From assembly GCA_043228905.1 (NCBI GenBank), contig JBHGNT010000696.1, forward strand, positions 1 to 17,441: 17,441 bases of DNA. The letters are read 5' to 3'. This document shows positions 7,020-17,441 of this stretch, in pieces. Every line of letters begins with the position of its first letter. Position 1 is the stretch's first letter. Source of the DNA: Azolla caroliniana. Taxonomy: Eukaryota; Plantae; Polypodiophyta. The notes under the pieces were generated by a model. That model was not told where the DNA came from and made no database searches. It saw nothing but the letters and a program-made list of their open reading frames with translations. Position numbers and translations under genes: made by a program.

Positions 7020-8057
7020 ATGGCGAAGCTCACTATCATATTCCTCATGGCGGTTATCATGCTAGCCGCCTGCGGCGCGGCCAATGCTAGATCTGTAGGA
7101 CGGGATCGCGAAGAGGAGAGGCGCGATCGACGTAGGGAGGAGGATGTCGACGAGGAGAGGCGCAGCGGACGTCGTGAGGGATCCATCGATGAGGGGCGCT
7201 ACAGAGACAACAAGAGAGAGTCGGATGAGGACCGGGATCGTCGCAGTCACGATCGCGATGAGCCACGTGAGGAGAGGCGCGATCGACGCAGGGAGGAGGA
7301 TTTCGATGAGGAGAGGCGCGGGGGACGTCGCGAGGGGTCCATCGAGGAGGGGCGCTACGGAGACAACAAGAGAGAGTCCGAAGAGGAACGGGATCGTCGC
7401 GGTCGCGATCGTGATGAGTCACGTGACGAGAGGCGCGATCGACGCAGGGAGGAGGATGTCGAGCAGGAGAGGCGCGACCGACGTCGTGAAGGATCCCTCG
7501 ATGAAGGACGTCGCAGAGACAACAAGAGAGAGTCCGAAGAGGAACGGGATCGTCGCGGCCGCGATCGCGATGAGCCACGAGACCGAGAGTTGAGGCAAGA
7601 GTGCCAAAACTTCGTCGATAGGCAGGTCCGCCACCTACAAGAACGTAATGAGAAGGAAGAACGTGGACGAAGCCGTCGCACCTCTTGGGATGAAATCAGC
7701 CGATATGCAAGGCCCTCCGAAAGATGCTGCAGGAACGTGGAACAAATCCCCGTAGAAGAGCGTTGCAACCGCCTCCGCGAGGCCTTATACATTAGCGGAG
7801 AAGAGGCACGCAATGATGGTCACCGCCATAACCAAGTGTCAAGGGAACGTCGTCAATGGGAAGAGGATGCCGAGCGAGAGAGAGACAGTAGCGAGCGCGA
7901 GGAGGACGAGCGCCGTTATCGCATGACCGGACGACAAGATGAGGAACAACGTCGTCGTTTCAAGGCCGGTGAGGAGGAACAACTTCTAAGCGTGGCAACC
8001 TCTCGCCTTCTCCAACAATGTGATCTTCGCCCACGCGCTTGTATTCGCCACTTTTAA
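7020..8057 (+). CDS. Secreted Arg/Glu-rich 2S albumin/prolamin-like precursor, copy 4
   Basis: Translation identical to copy 1. Confidence 0.88.
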   Translation: MAKLTIIFLMAVIMLAACGAANARSVGRDREEERRDRRREEDVDEERRSGRREGSIDEGRYRDNKRESDEDRDRRSHDRDEPREERRDRRREEDFDEERRGGRREGSIEEGRYGDNKRESEEERDRRGRDRDESRDERRDRRREEDVEQERRDRRREGSLDEGRRRDNKRESEEERDRRGRDRDEPRDRELRQECQNFVDRQVRHLQERNEKEERGRSRRTSWDEISRYARPSERCCRNVEQIPVEERCNRLREALYISGEEARNDGHRHNQVSRERRQWEEDAERERDSSEREEDERRYRMTGRQDEEQRRRFKAGEEEQLLSVATSRLLQQCDLRPRACIRHF

Positions 8058-8979
8058 AGAACGTACATAACTTTTTCAACTATACACTTTCTGAACATCG
8101 TAAATGTAAATGGTGTGCTCTGTGTGGTGTCTTGACGTTCTCATAACCCTCTCAATCATATTTCTCCCACGCTCGCGCACAACACGCACGCACGCACGCA
8201 CGATCAGGTCGCGTGCCCTCGCTCGCTCATTGCACAAGCAAAATGAAACTCCACGCACACATGATTAGGTAACGTGCCCACACGCACACTACCCACTCCC
8301 ACCCTACCTATATCTATCTCTATCCATCTATCGCTATCTCTCTCACGAGCAACGCGAAACTCGTCAAACGTCGATGCCATCACAATGTTGTATTGAAGCC
8401 ACCCTCATACAATGCCGTGTCTCGCCGTACCATGATGTGCGCAATAGTAGTGGCTGATCGTAACTCCTACTACAAACATGATTCCACATGAAATTCCCAT
8501 GTCTATCTACCATTTTCATCATCGTGTGAACCAACCAACCCACGCATGTTTCACCTAGAAATGTTGTCCTTGAATGGTGCCACCTTCATATTCCTCCGGT
8601 GGTTGCAGCGTCCACAACGACGACGGATCTTGTAATCACAATGAAAACGCGTGTCGTCGTCCGTATGTTGGTCGCAATGGATTCTAAACCCCCTCGTGGC
8701 CACAACCACCGATAACGTTTTCGTGGAGAGAACCAACACCCTAAAAACCTTTTCTCACCACCTTATCCTCGTTTTACGAGGCCCATGCGCACTCTACAAC
8801 CTCAATGGCATCACATGTGTAGGTGGCTATCATGAGGTTACATACTGTCTACGTTGCAATATGGACGAAGCGTCCATAGGTTAGTAGATTTGAAATGCCC
8901 AAGTGCATAATCCCACTCCTGGTGTGATGGAGGTGAGTATAGGGCTAGTGATATGGTAGGTCGAAGCAGGAGGATCCTG

Positions 8980-9114
8980 GACACGTAAAGGGGGGTGGAT
9001 AAAAGTGAATGGTCTCTTCCGTGGCCCAAGTATGGATCATGCCATTAACGTCTATAGGAATGGACGTGGGAAGGGACATGCATGTACTAGACATGCATGG
9101 CCTTGTGTATATAA
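8980..9114 (+). promoter_or_regulatory. ABRE/RY/RY/TATA promoter, copy 5
   Basis: RY pair 9077-9099, TATATAA 9108-9114. Confidence 0.75.
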
Positions 9115-9180
9115 GGGTGGATCAACCATGACACACTCAAATAGGCGGAGAGAGAACCGGGGTAGTTCCGAACACAAGCA

Positions 9181-10218
9181 ATGGCGAAGCTCACTATCAT
9201 ATTCCTCATGGCGGTTATCATGCTAGCCGCCTGCGGCGCGGCCAATGCTAGATCTGTAGGACGGGATCGCGAAGAGGAGAGGCGCGATCGACGTAGGGAG
9301 GAGGATGTCGACGAGGAGAGGCGCAGCGGACGTCGTGAGGGATCCATCGATGAGGGGCGCTACAGAGACAACAAGAGAGAGTCGGATGAGGACCGGGATC
9401 GTCGCAGTCACGATCGCGATGAGCCACGTGAGGAGAGGCGCGATCGACGCAGGGAGGAGGATTTCGATGAGGAGAGGCGCGGGGGACGTCGCGAGGGGTC
9501 CATCGAGGAGGGGCGCTACGGAGACAACAAGAGAGAGTCCGAAGAGGAACGGGATCGTCGCGGTCGCGATCGTGATGAGTCACGTGACGAGAGGCGCGAT
9601 CGACGCAGGGAGGAGGATGTCGAGCAGGAGAGGCGCGACCGACGTCGTGAAGGATCCCTCGATGAAGGACGTCGCAGAGACAACAAGAGAGAGTCCGAAG
9701 AGGAACGGGATCGTCGCGGCCGCGATCGCGATGAGCCACGAGACCGAGAGTTGAGGCAAGAGTGCCAAAACTTCGTCGATAGGCAGGTCCGCCACCTACA
9801 AGAACGTAATGAGAAGGAAGAACGTGGACGAAGCCGTCGCACCTCTTGGGATGAAATCAGCCGATATGCAAGGCCCTCCGAAAGATGCTGCAGGAACGTG
9901 GAACAAATCCCCGTAGAAGAGCGTTGCAACCGCCTCCGCGAGGCCTTATACATTAGCGGAGAAGAGGCACGCAATGATGGTCACCGCCATAACCAAGTGT
10001 CAAGGGAACGTCGTCAATGGGAAGAGGATGCCGAGCGAGAGAGAGACAGTAGCGAGCGCGAGGAGGACGAGCGCCGTTATCGCATGACCGGACGACAAGA
10101 TGAGGAACAACGTCGTCGTTTCAAGGCCGGTGAGGAGGAACAACTTCTAAGCGTGGCAACCTCTCGCCTTCTCCAACAATGTGATCTTCGCCCACGCGCT
10201 TGTATTCGCCACTTTTAA
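9181..10218 (+). CDS. Secreted Arg/Glu-rich 2S albumin/prolamin-like precursor, copy 5
   Basis: Translation identical to copy 1. Confidence 0.88.
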   Translation: MAKLTIIFLMAVIMLAACGAANARSVGRDREEERRDRRREEDVDEERRSGRREGSIDEGRYRDNKRESDEDRDRRSHDRDEPREERRDRRREEDFDEERRGGRREGSIEEGRYGDNKRESEEERDRRGRDRDESRDERRDRRREEDVEQERRDRRREGSLDEGRRRDNKRESEEERDRRGRDRDEPRDRELRQECQNFVDRQVRHLQERNEKEERGRSRRTSWDEISRYARPSERCCRNVEQIPVEERCNRLREALYISGEEARNDGHRHNQVSRERRQWEEDAERERDSSEREEDERRYRMTGRQDEEQRRRFKAGEEEQLLSVATSRLLQQCDLRPRACIRHF

Positions 10219-11140
10219 AGAACGTACATAACTTTTTCAACTATACACTTTCTGAACATCGTAAATGTAAATGGTGTGCTCTGTGTGGTGTCTTGACGTT
10301 CTCATAACCCTCTCAATCATATTTCTCCCACGCTCGCGCACAACACGCACGCACGCACGCACGATCAGGTCGCGTGCCCTCGCTCGCTCATTGCACAAGC
10401 AAAATGAAACTCCACGCACACATGATTAGGTAACGTGCCCACACGCACACTACCCACTCCCACCCTACCTATATCTATCTCTATCCATCTATCGCTATCT
10501 CTCTCACGAGCAACGCGAAACTCGTCAAACGTCGATGCCATCACAATGTTGTATTGAAGCCACCCTCATACAATGCCGTGTCTCGCCGTACCATGATGTG
10601 CGCAATAGTAGTGGCTGATCGTAACTCCTACTACAAACATGATTCCACATGAAATTCCCATGTCTATCTACCATTTTCATCATCGTGTGAACCAACCAAC
10701 CCACGCATGTTTCACCTAGAAATGTTGTCCTTGAATGGTGCCACCTTCATATTCCTCCGGTGGTTGCAGCGTCCACAACGACGACGGATCTTGTAATCAC
10801 AATGAAAACGCGTGTCGTCGTCCGTATGTTGGTCGCAATGGATTCTAAACCCCCTCGTGGCCACAACCACCGATAACGTTTTCGTGGAGAGAACCAACAC
10901 CCTAAAAACCTTTTCTCACCACCTTATCCTCGTTTTACGAGGCCCATGCGCACTCTACAACCTCAATGGCATCACATGTGTAGGTGGCTATCATGAGGTT
11001 ACATACTGTCTACGTTGCAATATGGACGAAGCGTCCATAGGTTAGTAGATTTGAAATGCCCAAGTGCATAATCCCACTCCTGGTGTGATGGAGGTGAGTA
11101 TAGGGCTAGTGATATGGTAGGTCGAAGCAGGAGGATCCTG

Positions 11141-11275
11141 GACACGTAAAGGGGGGTGGATAAAAGTGAATGGTCTCTTCCGTGGCCCAAGTATGGATCA
11201 TGCCATTAACGTCTATAGGAATGGACGTGGGAAGGGACATGCATGTACTAGACATGCATGGCCTTGTGTATATAA
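11141..11275 (+). promoter_or_regulatory. ABRE/RY/RY/TATA promoter, copy 6
   Basis: RY pair 11238-11260, TATATAA 11269-11275. Confidence 0.75.
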
Positions 11276-11341
11276 GGGTGGATCAACCATGACACACTCA
11301 AATAGGCGGAGAGAGAACCGGGGTAGTTCCGAACACAAGCA

Positions 11342-12379
11342 ATGGCGAAGCTCACTATCATATTCCTCATGGCGGTTATCATGCTAGCCGCCTGCGGCGC
11401 GGCCAATGCTAGATCTGTAGGACGGGATCGCGAAGAGGAGAGGCGCGATCGACGTAGGGAGGAGGATGTCGACGAGGAGAGGCGCAGCGGACGTCGTGAG
11501 GGATCCATCGATGAGGGGCGCTACAGAGACAACAAGAGAGAGTCGGATGAGGACCGGGATCGTCGCAGTCACGATCGCGATGAGCCACGTGAGGAGAGGC
11601 GCGATCGACGCAGGGAGGAGGATTTCGATGAGGAGAGGCGCGGGGGACGTCGCGAGGGGTCCATCGAGGAGGGGCGCTACGGAGACAACAAGAGAGAGTC
11701 CGAAGAGGAACGGGATCGTCGCGGTCGCGATCGTGATGAGTCACGTGACGAGAGGCGCGATCGACGCAGGGAGGAGGATGTCGAGCAGGAGAGGCGCGAC
11801 CGACGTCGTGAAGGATCCCTCGATGAAGGACGTCGCAGAGACAACAAGAGAGAGTCCGAAGAGGAACGGGATCGTCGCGGCCGCGATCGCGATGAGCCAC
11901 GAGACCGAGAGTTGAGGCAAGAGTGCCAAAACTTCGTCGATAGGCAGGTCCGCCACCTACAAGAACGTAATGAGAAGGAAGAACGTGGACGAAGCCGTCG
12001 CACCTCTTGGGATGAAATCAGCCGATATGCAAGGCCCTCCGAAAGATGCTGCAGGAACGTGGAACAAATCCCCGTAGAAGAGCGTTGCAACCGCCTCCGC
12101 GAGGCCTTATACATTAGCGGAGAAGAGGCACGCAATGATGGTCACCGCCATAACCAAGTGTCAAGGGAACGTCGTCAATGGGAAGAGGATGCCGAGCGAG
12201 AGAGAGACAGTAGCGAGCGCGAGGAGGACGAGCGCCGTTATCGCATGACCGGACGACAAGATGAGGAACAACGTCGTCGTTTCAAGGCCGGTGAGGAGGA
12301 ACAACTTCTAAGCGTGGCAACCTCTCGCCTTCTCCAACAATGTGATCTTCGCCCACGCGCTTGTATTCGCCACTTTTAA
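11342..12379 (+). CDS. Secreted Arg/Glu-rich 2S albumin/prolamin-like precursor, copy 6
   Basis: Translation identical to copy 1. Confidence 0.88.
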   Translation: MAKLTIIFLMAVIMLAACGAANARSVGRDREEERRDRRREEDVDEERRSGRREGSIDEGRYRDNKRESDEDRDRRSHDRDEPREERRDRRREEDFDEERRGGRREGSIEEGRYGDNKRESEEERDRRGRDRDESRDERRDRRREEDVEQERRDRRREGSLDEGRRRDNKRESEEERDRRGRDRDEPRDRELRQECQNFVDRQVRHLQERNEKEERGRSRRTSWDEISRYARPSERCCRNVEQIPVEERCNRLREALYISGEEARNDGHRHNQVSRERRQWEEDAERERDSSEREEDERRYRMTGRQDEEQRRRFKAGEEEQLLSVATSRLLQQCDLRPRACIRHF

Positions 12380-13301
12380 AGAACGTACATAACTTTTTCA
12401 ACTATACACTTTCTGAACATCGTAAATGTAAATGGTGTGCTCTGTGTGGTGTCTTGACGTTCTCATAACCCTCTCAATCATATTTCTCCCACGCTCGCGC
12501 ACAACACGCACGCACGCACGCACGATCAGGTCGCGTGCCCTCGCTCGCTCATTGCACAAGCAAAATGAAACTCCACGCACACATGATTAGGTAACGTGCC
12601 CACACGCACACTACCCACTCCCACCCTACCTATATCTATCTCTATCCATCTATCGCTATCTCTCTCACGAGCAACGCGAAACTCGTCAAACGTCGATGCC
12701 ATCACAATGTTGTATTGAAGCCACCCTCATACAATGCCGTGTCTCGCCGTACCATGATGTGCGCAATAGTAGTGGCTGATCGTAACTCCTACTACAAACA
12801 TGATTCCACATGAAATTCCCATGTCTATCTACCATTTTCATCATCGTGTGAACCAACCAACCCACGCATGTTTCACCTAGAAATGTTGTCCTTGAATGGT
12901 GCCACCTTCATATTCCTCCGGTGGTTGCAGCGTCCACAACGACGACGGATCTTGTAATCACAATGAAAACGCGTGTCGTCGTCCGTATGTTGGTCGCAAT
13001 GGATTCTAAACCCCCTCGTGGCCACAACCACCGATAACGTTTTCGTGGAGAGAACCAACACCCTAAAAACCTTTTCTCACCACCTTATCCTCGTTTTACG
13101 AGGCCCATGCGCACTCTACAACCTCAATGGCATCACATGTGTAGGTGGCTATCATGAGGTTACATACTGTCTACGTTGCAATATGGACGAAGCGTCCATA
13201 GGTTAGTAGATTTGAAATGCCCAAGTGCATAATCCCACTCCTGGTGTGATGGAGGTGAGTATAGGGCTAGTGATATGGTAGGTCGAAGCAGGAGGATCCT
13301 G

Positions 13302-13436
13302 GACACGTAAAGGGGGGTGGATAAAAGTGAATGGTCTCTTCCGTGGCCCAAGTATGGATCATGCCATTAACGTCTATAGGAATGGACGTGGGAAGGGACA
13401 TGCATGTACTAGACATGCATGGCCTTGTGTATATAA
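13302..13436 (+). promoter_or_regulatory. ABRE/RY/RY/TATA promoter, copy 7
   Basis: RY pair 13399-13421, TATATAA 13430-13436. Confidence 0.75.
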
Positions 13437-13502
13437 GGGTGGATCAACCATGACACACTCAAATAGGCGGAGAGAGAACCGGGGTAGTTCCGAACACAAG
13501 CA

Positions 13503-14540
13503 ATGGCGAAGCTCACTATCATATTCCTCATGGCGGTTATCATGCTAGCCGCCTGCGGCGCGGCCAATGCTAGATCTGTAGGACGGGATCGCGAAGAGGA
13601 GAGGCGCGATCGACGTAGGGAGGAGGATGTCGACGAGGAGAGGCGCAGCGGACGTCGTGAGGGATCCATCGATGAGGGGCGCTACAGAGACAACAAGAGA
13701 GAGTCGGATGAGGACCGGGATCGTCGCAGTCACGATCGCGATGAGCCACGTGAGGAGAGGCGCGATCGACGCAGGGAGGAGGATTTCGATGAGGAGAGGC
13801 GCGGGGGACGTCGCGAGGGGTCCATCGAGGAGGGGCGCTACGGAGACAACAAGAGAGAGTCCGAAGAGGAACGGGATCGTCGCGGTCGCGATCGTGATGA
13901 GTCACGTGACGAGAGGCGCGATCGACGCAGGGAGGAGGATGTCGAGCAGGAGAGGCGCGACCGACGTCGTGAAGGATCCCTCGATGAAGGACGTCGCAGA
14001 GACAACAAGAGAGAGTCCGAAGAGGAACGGGATCGTCGCGGCCGCGATCGCGATGAGCCACGAGACCGAGAGTTGAGGCAAGAGTGCCAAAACTTCGTCG
14101 ATAGGCAGGTCCGCCACCTACAAGAACGTAATGAGAAGGAAGAACGTGGACGAAGCCGTCGCACCTCTTGGGATGAAATCAGCCGATATGCAAGGCCCTC
14201 CGAAAGATGCTGCAGGAACGTGGAACAAATCCCCGTAGAAGAGCGTTGCAACCGCCTCCGCGAGGCCTTATACATTAGCGGAGAAGAGGCACGCAATGAT
14301 GGTCACCGCCATAACCAAGTGTCAAGGGAACGTCGTCAATGGGAAGAGGATGCCGAGCGAGAGAGAGACAGTAGCGAGCGCGAGGAGGACGAGCGCCGTT
14401 ATCGCATGACCGGACGACAAGATGAGGAACAACGTCGTCGTTTCAAGGCCGGTGAGGAGGAACAACTTCTAAGCGTGGCAACCTCTCGCCTTCTCCAACA
14501 ATGTGATCTTCGCCCACGCGCTTGTATTCGCCACTTTTAA
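13503..14540 (+). CDS. Secreted Arg/Glu-rich 2S albumin/prolamin-like precursor, copy 7
   Basis: Translation identical to copy 1. Confidence 0.88.
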   Translation: MAKLTIIFLMAVIMLAACGAANARSVGRDREEERRDRRREEDVDEERRSGRREGSIDEGRYRDNKRESDEDRDRRSHDRDEPREERRDRRREEDFDEERRGGRREGSIEEGRYGDNKRESEEERDRRGRDRDESRDERRDRRREEDVEQERRDRRREGSLDEGRRRDNKRESEEERDRRGRDRDEPRDRELRQECQNFVDRQVRHLQERNEKEERGRSRRTSWDEISRYARPSERCCRNVEQIPVEERCNRLREALYISGEEARNDGHRHNQVSRERRQWEEDAERERDSSEREEDERRYRMTGRQDEEQRRRFKAGEEEQLLSVATSRLLQQCDLRPRACIRHF

Positions 14541-15462
14541 AGAACGTACATAACTTTTTCAACTATACACTTTCTGAACATCGTAAATGTAAATGGTGTG
14601 CTCTGTGTGGTGTCTTGACGTTCTCATAACCCTCTCAATCATATTTCTCCCACGCTCGCGCACAACACGCACGCACGCACGCACGATCAGGTCGCGTGCC
14701 CTCGCTCGCTCATTGCACAAGCAAAATGAAACTCCACGCACACATGATTAGGTAACGTGCCCACACGCACACTACCCACTCCCACCCTACCTATATCTAT
14801 CTCTATCCATCTATCGCTATCTCTCTCACGAGCAACGCGAAACTCGTCAAACGTCGATGCCATCACAATGTTGTATTGAAGCCACCCTCATACAATGCCG
14901 TGTCTCGCCGTACCATGATGTGCGCAATAGTAGTGGCTGATCGTAACTCCTACTACAAACATGATTCCACATGAAATTCCCATGTCTATCTACCATTTTC
15001 ATCATCGTGTGAACCAACCAACCCACGCATGTTTCACCTAGAAATGTTGTCCTTGAATGGTGCCACCTTCATATTCCTCCGGTGGTTGCAGCGTCCACAA
15101 CGACGACGGATCTTGTAATCACAATGAAAACGCGTGTCGTCGTCCGTATGTTGGTCGCAATGGATTCTAAACCCCCTCGTGGCCACAACCACCGATAACG
15201 TTTTCGTGGAGAGAACCAACACCCTAAAAACCTTTTCTCACCACCTTATCCTCGTTTTACGAGGCCCATACGCACTCTACAACCTCAATGGCATCACATG
15301 TGTAGGTGGCTATCATGAGGTTACATACTGTCTACGTTGCAATATGGACGAAGCGTCCATAGGTTAGTAGATTTGAAATGCCCAAGTGCATAATCCCACT
15401 CCTGGTGTGATGGAGGTGAGTATAGGGCTAGTGATATGGTAGGTCGAAGCAGGAGGATCCTG

Positions 15463-15597
15463 GACACGTAAAGGGGGGTGGATAAAAGTGAATGGTCTCT
15501 TCCGTGGCCCAAGTATGGATCATGCCATTAACGTCTATAGGAATGGACGTGGGAAGGGACATGCATGTACTAGACATGCATGGCCTTGTGTATATAA
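15463..15597 (+). promoter_or_regulatory. ABRE/RY/RY/TATA promoter, copy 8
   Basis: RY pair 15560-15582, TATATAA 15591-15597. Confidence 0.75.
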
Positions 15598-15663
15598 GGG
15601 TGGATCAACCATGACACACTCAAATAGGCGGAGAGAGAACCGGGGTAGTTCCGAACACAAGCA

Positions 15664-16701
15664 ATGGCGAAGCTCACTATCATATTCCTCATGGCGGTTA
15701 TCATGCTAGCCGCCTGCGGCGCGGCCAATGCTAGATCTGTAGGACGGGATCGCGAAGAGGAGAGGCGCGATCGACGTAGGGAGGAGGATGTCGACGAGGA
15801 GAGGCGCAGCGGACGTCGTGAGGGATCCATCGATGAGGGGCGCTACAGAGACAACAAGAGAGAGTCGGATGAGGACCGGGATCGTCGCAGTCACGATCGC
15901 GATGAGCCACGTGAGGAGAGGCGCGATCGACGCAGGGAGGAGGATTTCGATGAGGAGAGGCGCGGGGGACGTCGCGAGGGGTCCATCGAGGAGGGGCGCT
16001 ACGGAGACAACAAGAGAGAGTCCGAAGAGGAACGGGATCGTCGCGGTCGCGATCGTGATGAGTCACGTGACGAGAGGCGCGATCGACGCAGGGAGGAGGA
16101 TGTCGAGCAGGAGAGGCGCGACCGACGTCGTGAAGGATCCCTCGATGAAGGACGTCGCAGAGACAACAAGAGAGAGTCCGAAGAGGAACGGGATCGTCGC
16201 GGCCGCGATCGCGATGAGCCACGAGACCGAGAGTTGAGGCAAGAGTGCCAAAACTTCGTCGATAGGCAGGTCCGCCACCTACAAGAACGTAATGAGAAGG
16301 AAGAACGTGGACGAAGCCGTCGCACCTCTTGGGATGAAATCAGCCGATATGCAAGGCCCTCCGAAAGATGCTGCAGGAACGTGGAACAAATCCCCGTAGA
16401 AGAGCGTTGCAACCGCCTCCGCGAGGCCTTATACATTAGCGGAGAAGAGGCACGCAATGATGGTCACCGCCATAACCAAGTGTCAAGGGAACGTCGTCAA
16501 TGGGAAGAGGATGCCGAGCGAGAGAGAGACAGTAGCGAGCGCGAGGAGGACGAGCGCCGTTATCGCATGACCGGACGACAAGATGAGGAACAACGTCGTC
16601 GTTTCAAGGCCGGTGAGGAGGAACAACTTCTAAGCGTGGCAACCTCTCGCCTTCTCCAACAATGTGATCTTCGCCCACGCGCTTGTATTCGCCACTTTTA
16701 A
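15664..16701 (+). CDS. Secreted Arg/Glu-rich 2S albumin/prolamin-like precursor, copy 8
   Basis: Translation identical to copy 1. Confidence 0.88.
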   Translation: MAKLTIIFLMAVIMLAACGAANARSVGRDREEERRDRRREEDVDEERRSGRREGSIDEGRYRDNKRESDEDRDRRSHDRDEPREERRDRRREEDFDEERRGGRREGSIEEGRYGDNKRESEEERDRRGRDRDESRDERRDRRREEDVEQERRDRRREGSLDEGRRRDNKRESEEERDRRGRDRDEPRDRELRQECQNFVDRQVRHLQERNEKEERGRSRRTSWDEISRYARPSERCCRNVEQIPVEERCNRLREALYISGEEARNDGHRHNQVSRERRQWEEDAERERDSSEREEDERRYRMTGRQDEEQRRRFKAGEEEQLLSVATSRLLQQCDLRPRACIRHF

Positions 16702-17441
16702 AGAACGTACATAACTTTTTCAACTATACACTTTCTGAACATCGTAAATGTAAATGGTGTGCTCTGTGTGGTGTCTTGACGTTCTCATAACCCTCTCAAT
16801 CATATTTCTCCCACGCTCGCGCACAACACGCACGCACGCACGCACGATCAGGTCGCGTGCCCTCGCTCGCTCATTGCACAAGCAAAATGAAACTCCACGC
16901 ACACATGATTAGGTAACGTGCCCACACGCACACTACCCACTCCCACCCTACCTATATCTATCTCTATCCATCTATCGCTATCTCTCTCACGAGCAACGCG
17001 AAACTCGTCAAACGTCGATGCCATCACAATGTTGTATTGAAGCCACCCTCATACAATGCCGTGTCTCGCCGTACCATGATGTGCGCAATAGTAGTGGCTG
17101 ATCGTAACTCCTACTACAAACATGATTCCACATGAAATTCCCATGTCTATCTACCATTTTCATCATCGTGTGAACCAACCAACCCACGCATGTTTCACCT
17201 AGAAATGTTGTCCTTGAATGGTGCCACCTTCATATTCCTCCGGTGGTTGCAGCGTCCACAACGACGACGGATCTTGTAATCACAATGAAAACGCGTGTCG
17301 TCGTCCGTATGTTGGTCGCAATGGATTCTAAACCCCCTCGTGGCCACAACCACCGATAACGTTTTCGTGGAGAGAACCAACACCCTAAAAACCTTTTCTC
17401 ACCACCTTATCCTCGTTTTACGAGGCCCATACGCACTCTAC

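Larger units (their letters stand above)
1..17441. repeat. Head-to-tail tandem gene array, 2161-bp period, 8 full copies plus a partial 9th (phased from the window start: 1-2162, 2163-4323, 4324-6484, 6485-8645, 8646-10806, 10807-12967, 12968-15128, 15129-17289, 17290-17441)
   Basis: CDS starts recur at exact 2161-bp spacing (537, 2698, 4859, 7020, 9181, 11342, 13503, 15664). Copy 1 is 1 bp longer (G7 at 345-351 vs G6). Neither array boundary is in the window, so the phase is arbitrary. Confidence 0.99.

Overview
The whole window is one head-to-tail tandem array of a 2161-bp unit: 8 complete, almost identical copies plus 152 bp of a ninth, running off both ends. Each unit carries one intronless + strand gene for a 345-aa secreted protein. 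The protein has a ~23-aa signal peptide, three 52-aa Arg/Glu/Asp-rich repeats (each apparently four 13-aa sub-units), and a C-terminal domain with the Cys skeleton of plant 2S albumin/prolamin-superfamily storage proteins, but with only 6 of the 8 Cys (the C1-C5 disulfide pair appears jointly lost). In copies 2-8 the proximal promoter has two perfect RY elements (CATGCATG), ACGT/ABRE-like boxes and a TATA box, which fits a land-plant seed- or spore-maturation storage protein gene. The organism cannot be identified from the sequence. The only differences I saw between copies are an A>G SNP shared by adjacent copies 5-7 and three differences in copy 1: G7 instead of G6, and two segments (434-459, 500-524) that match the SMART/PacBio amplification adapter AAGCAGTGGTATCAACGCAGAGTAC(T). 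The apparent loss of RY boxes in copy 1 is therefore very likely a consensus/polishing artefact. All other ORFs in the track are judged to be shadow or spurious ORFs. Copy comparisons were made by eye and from the ORF track, not by a computed alignment.
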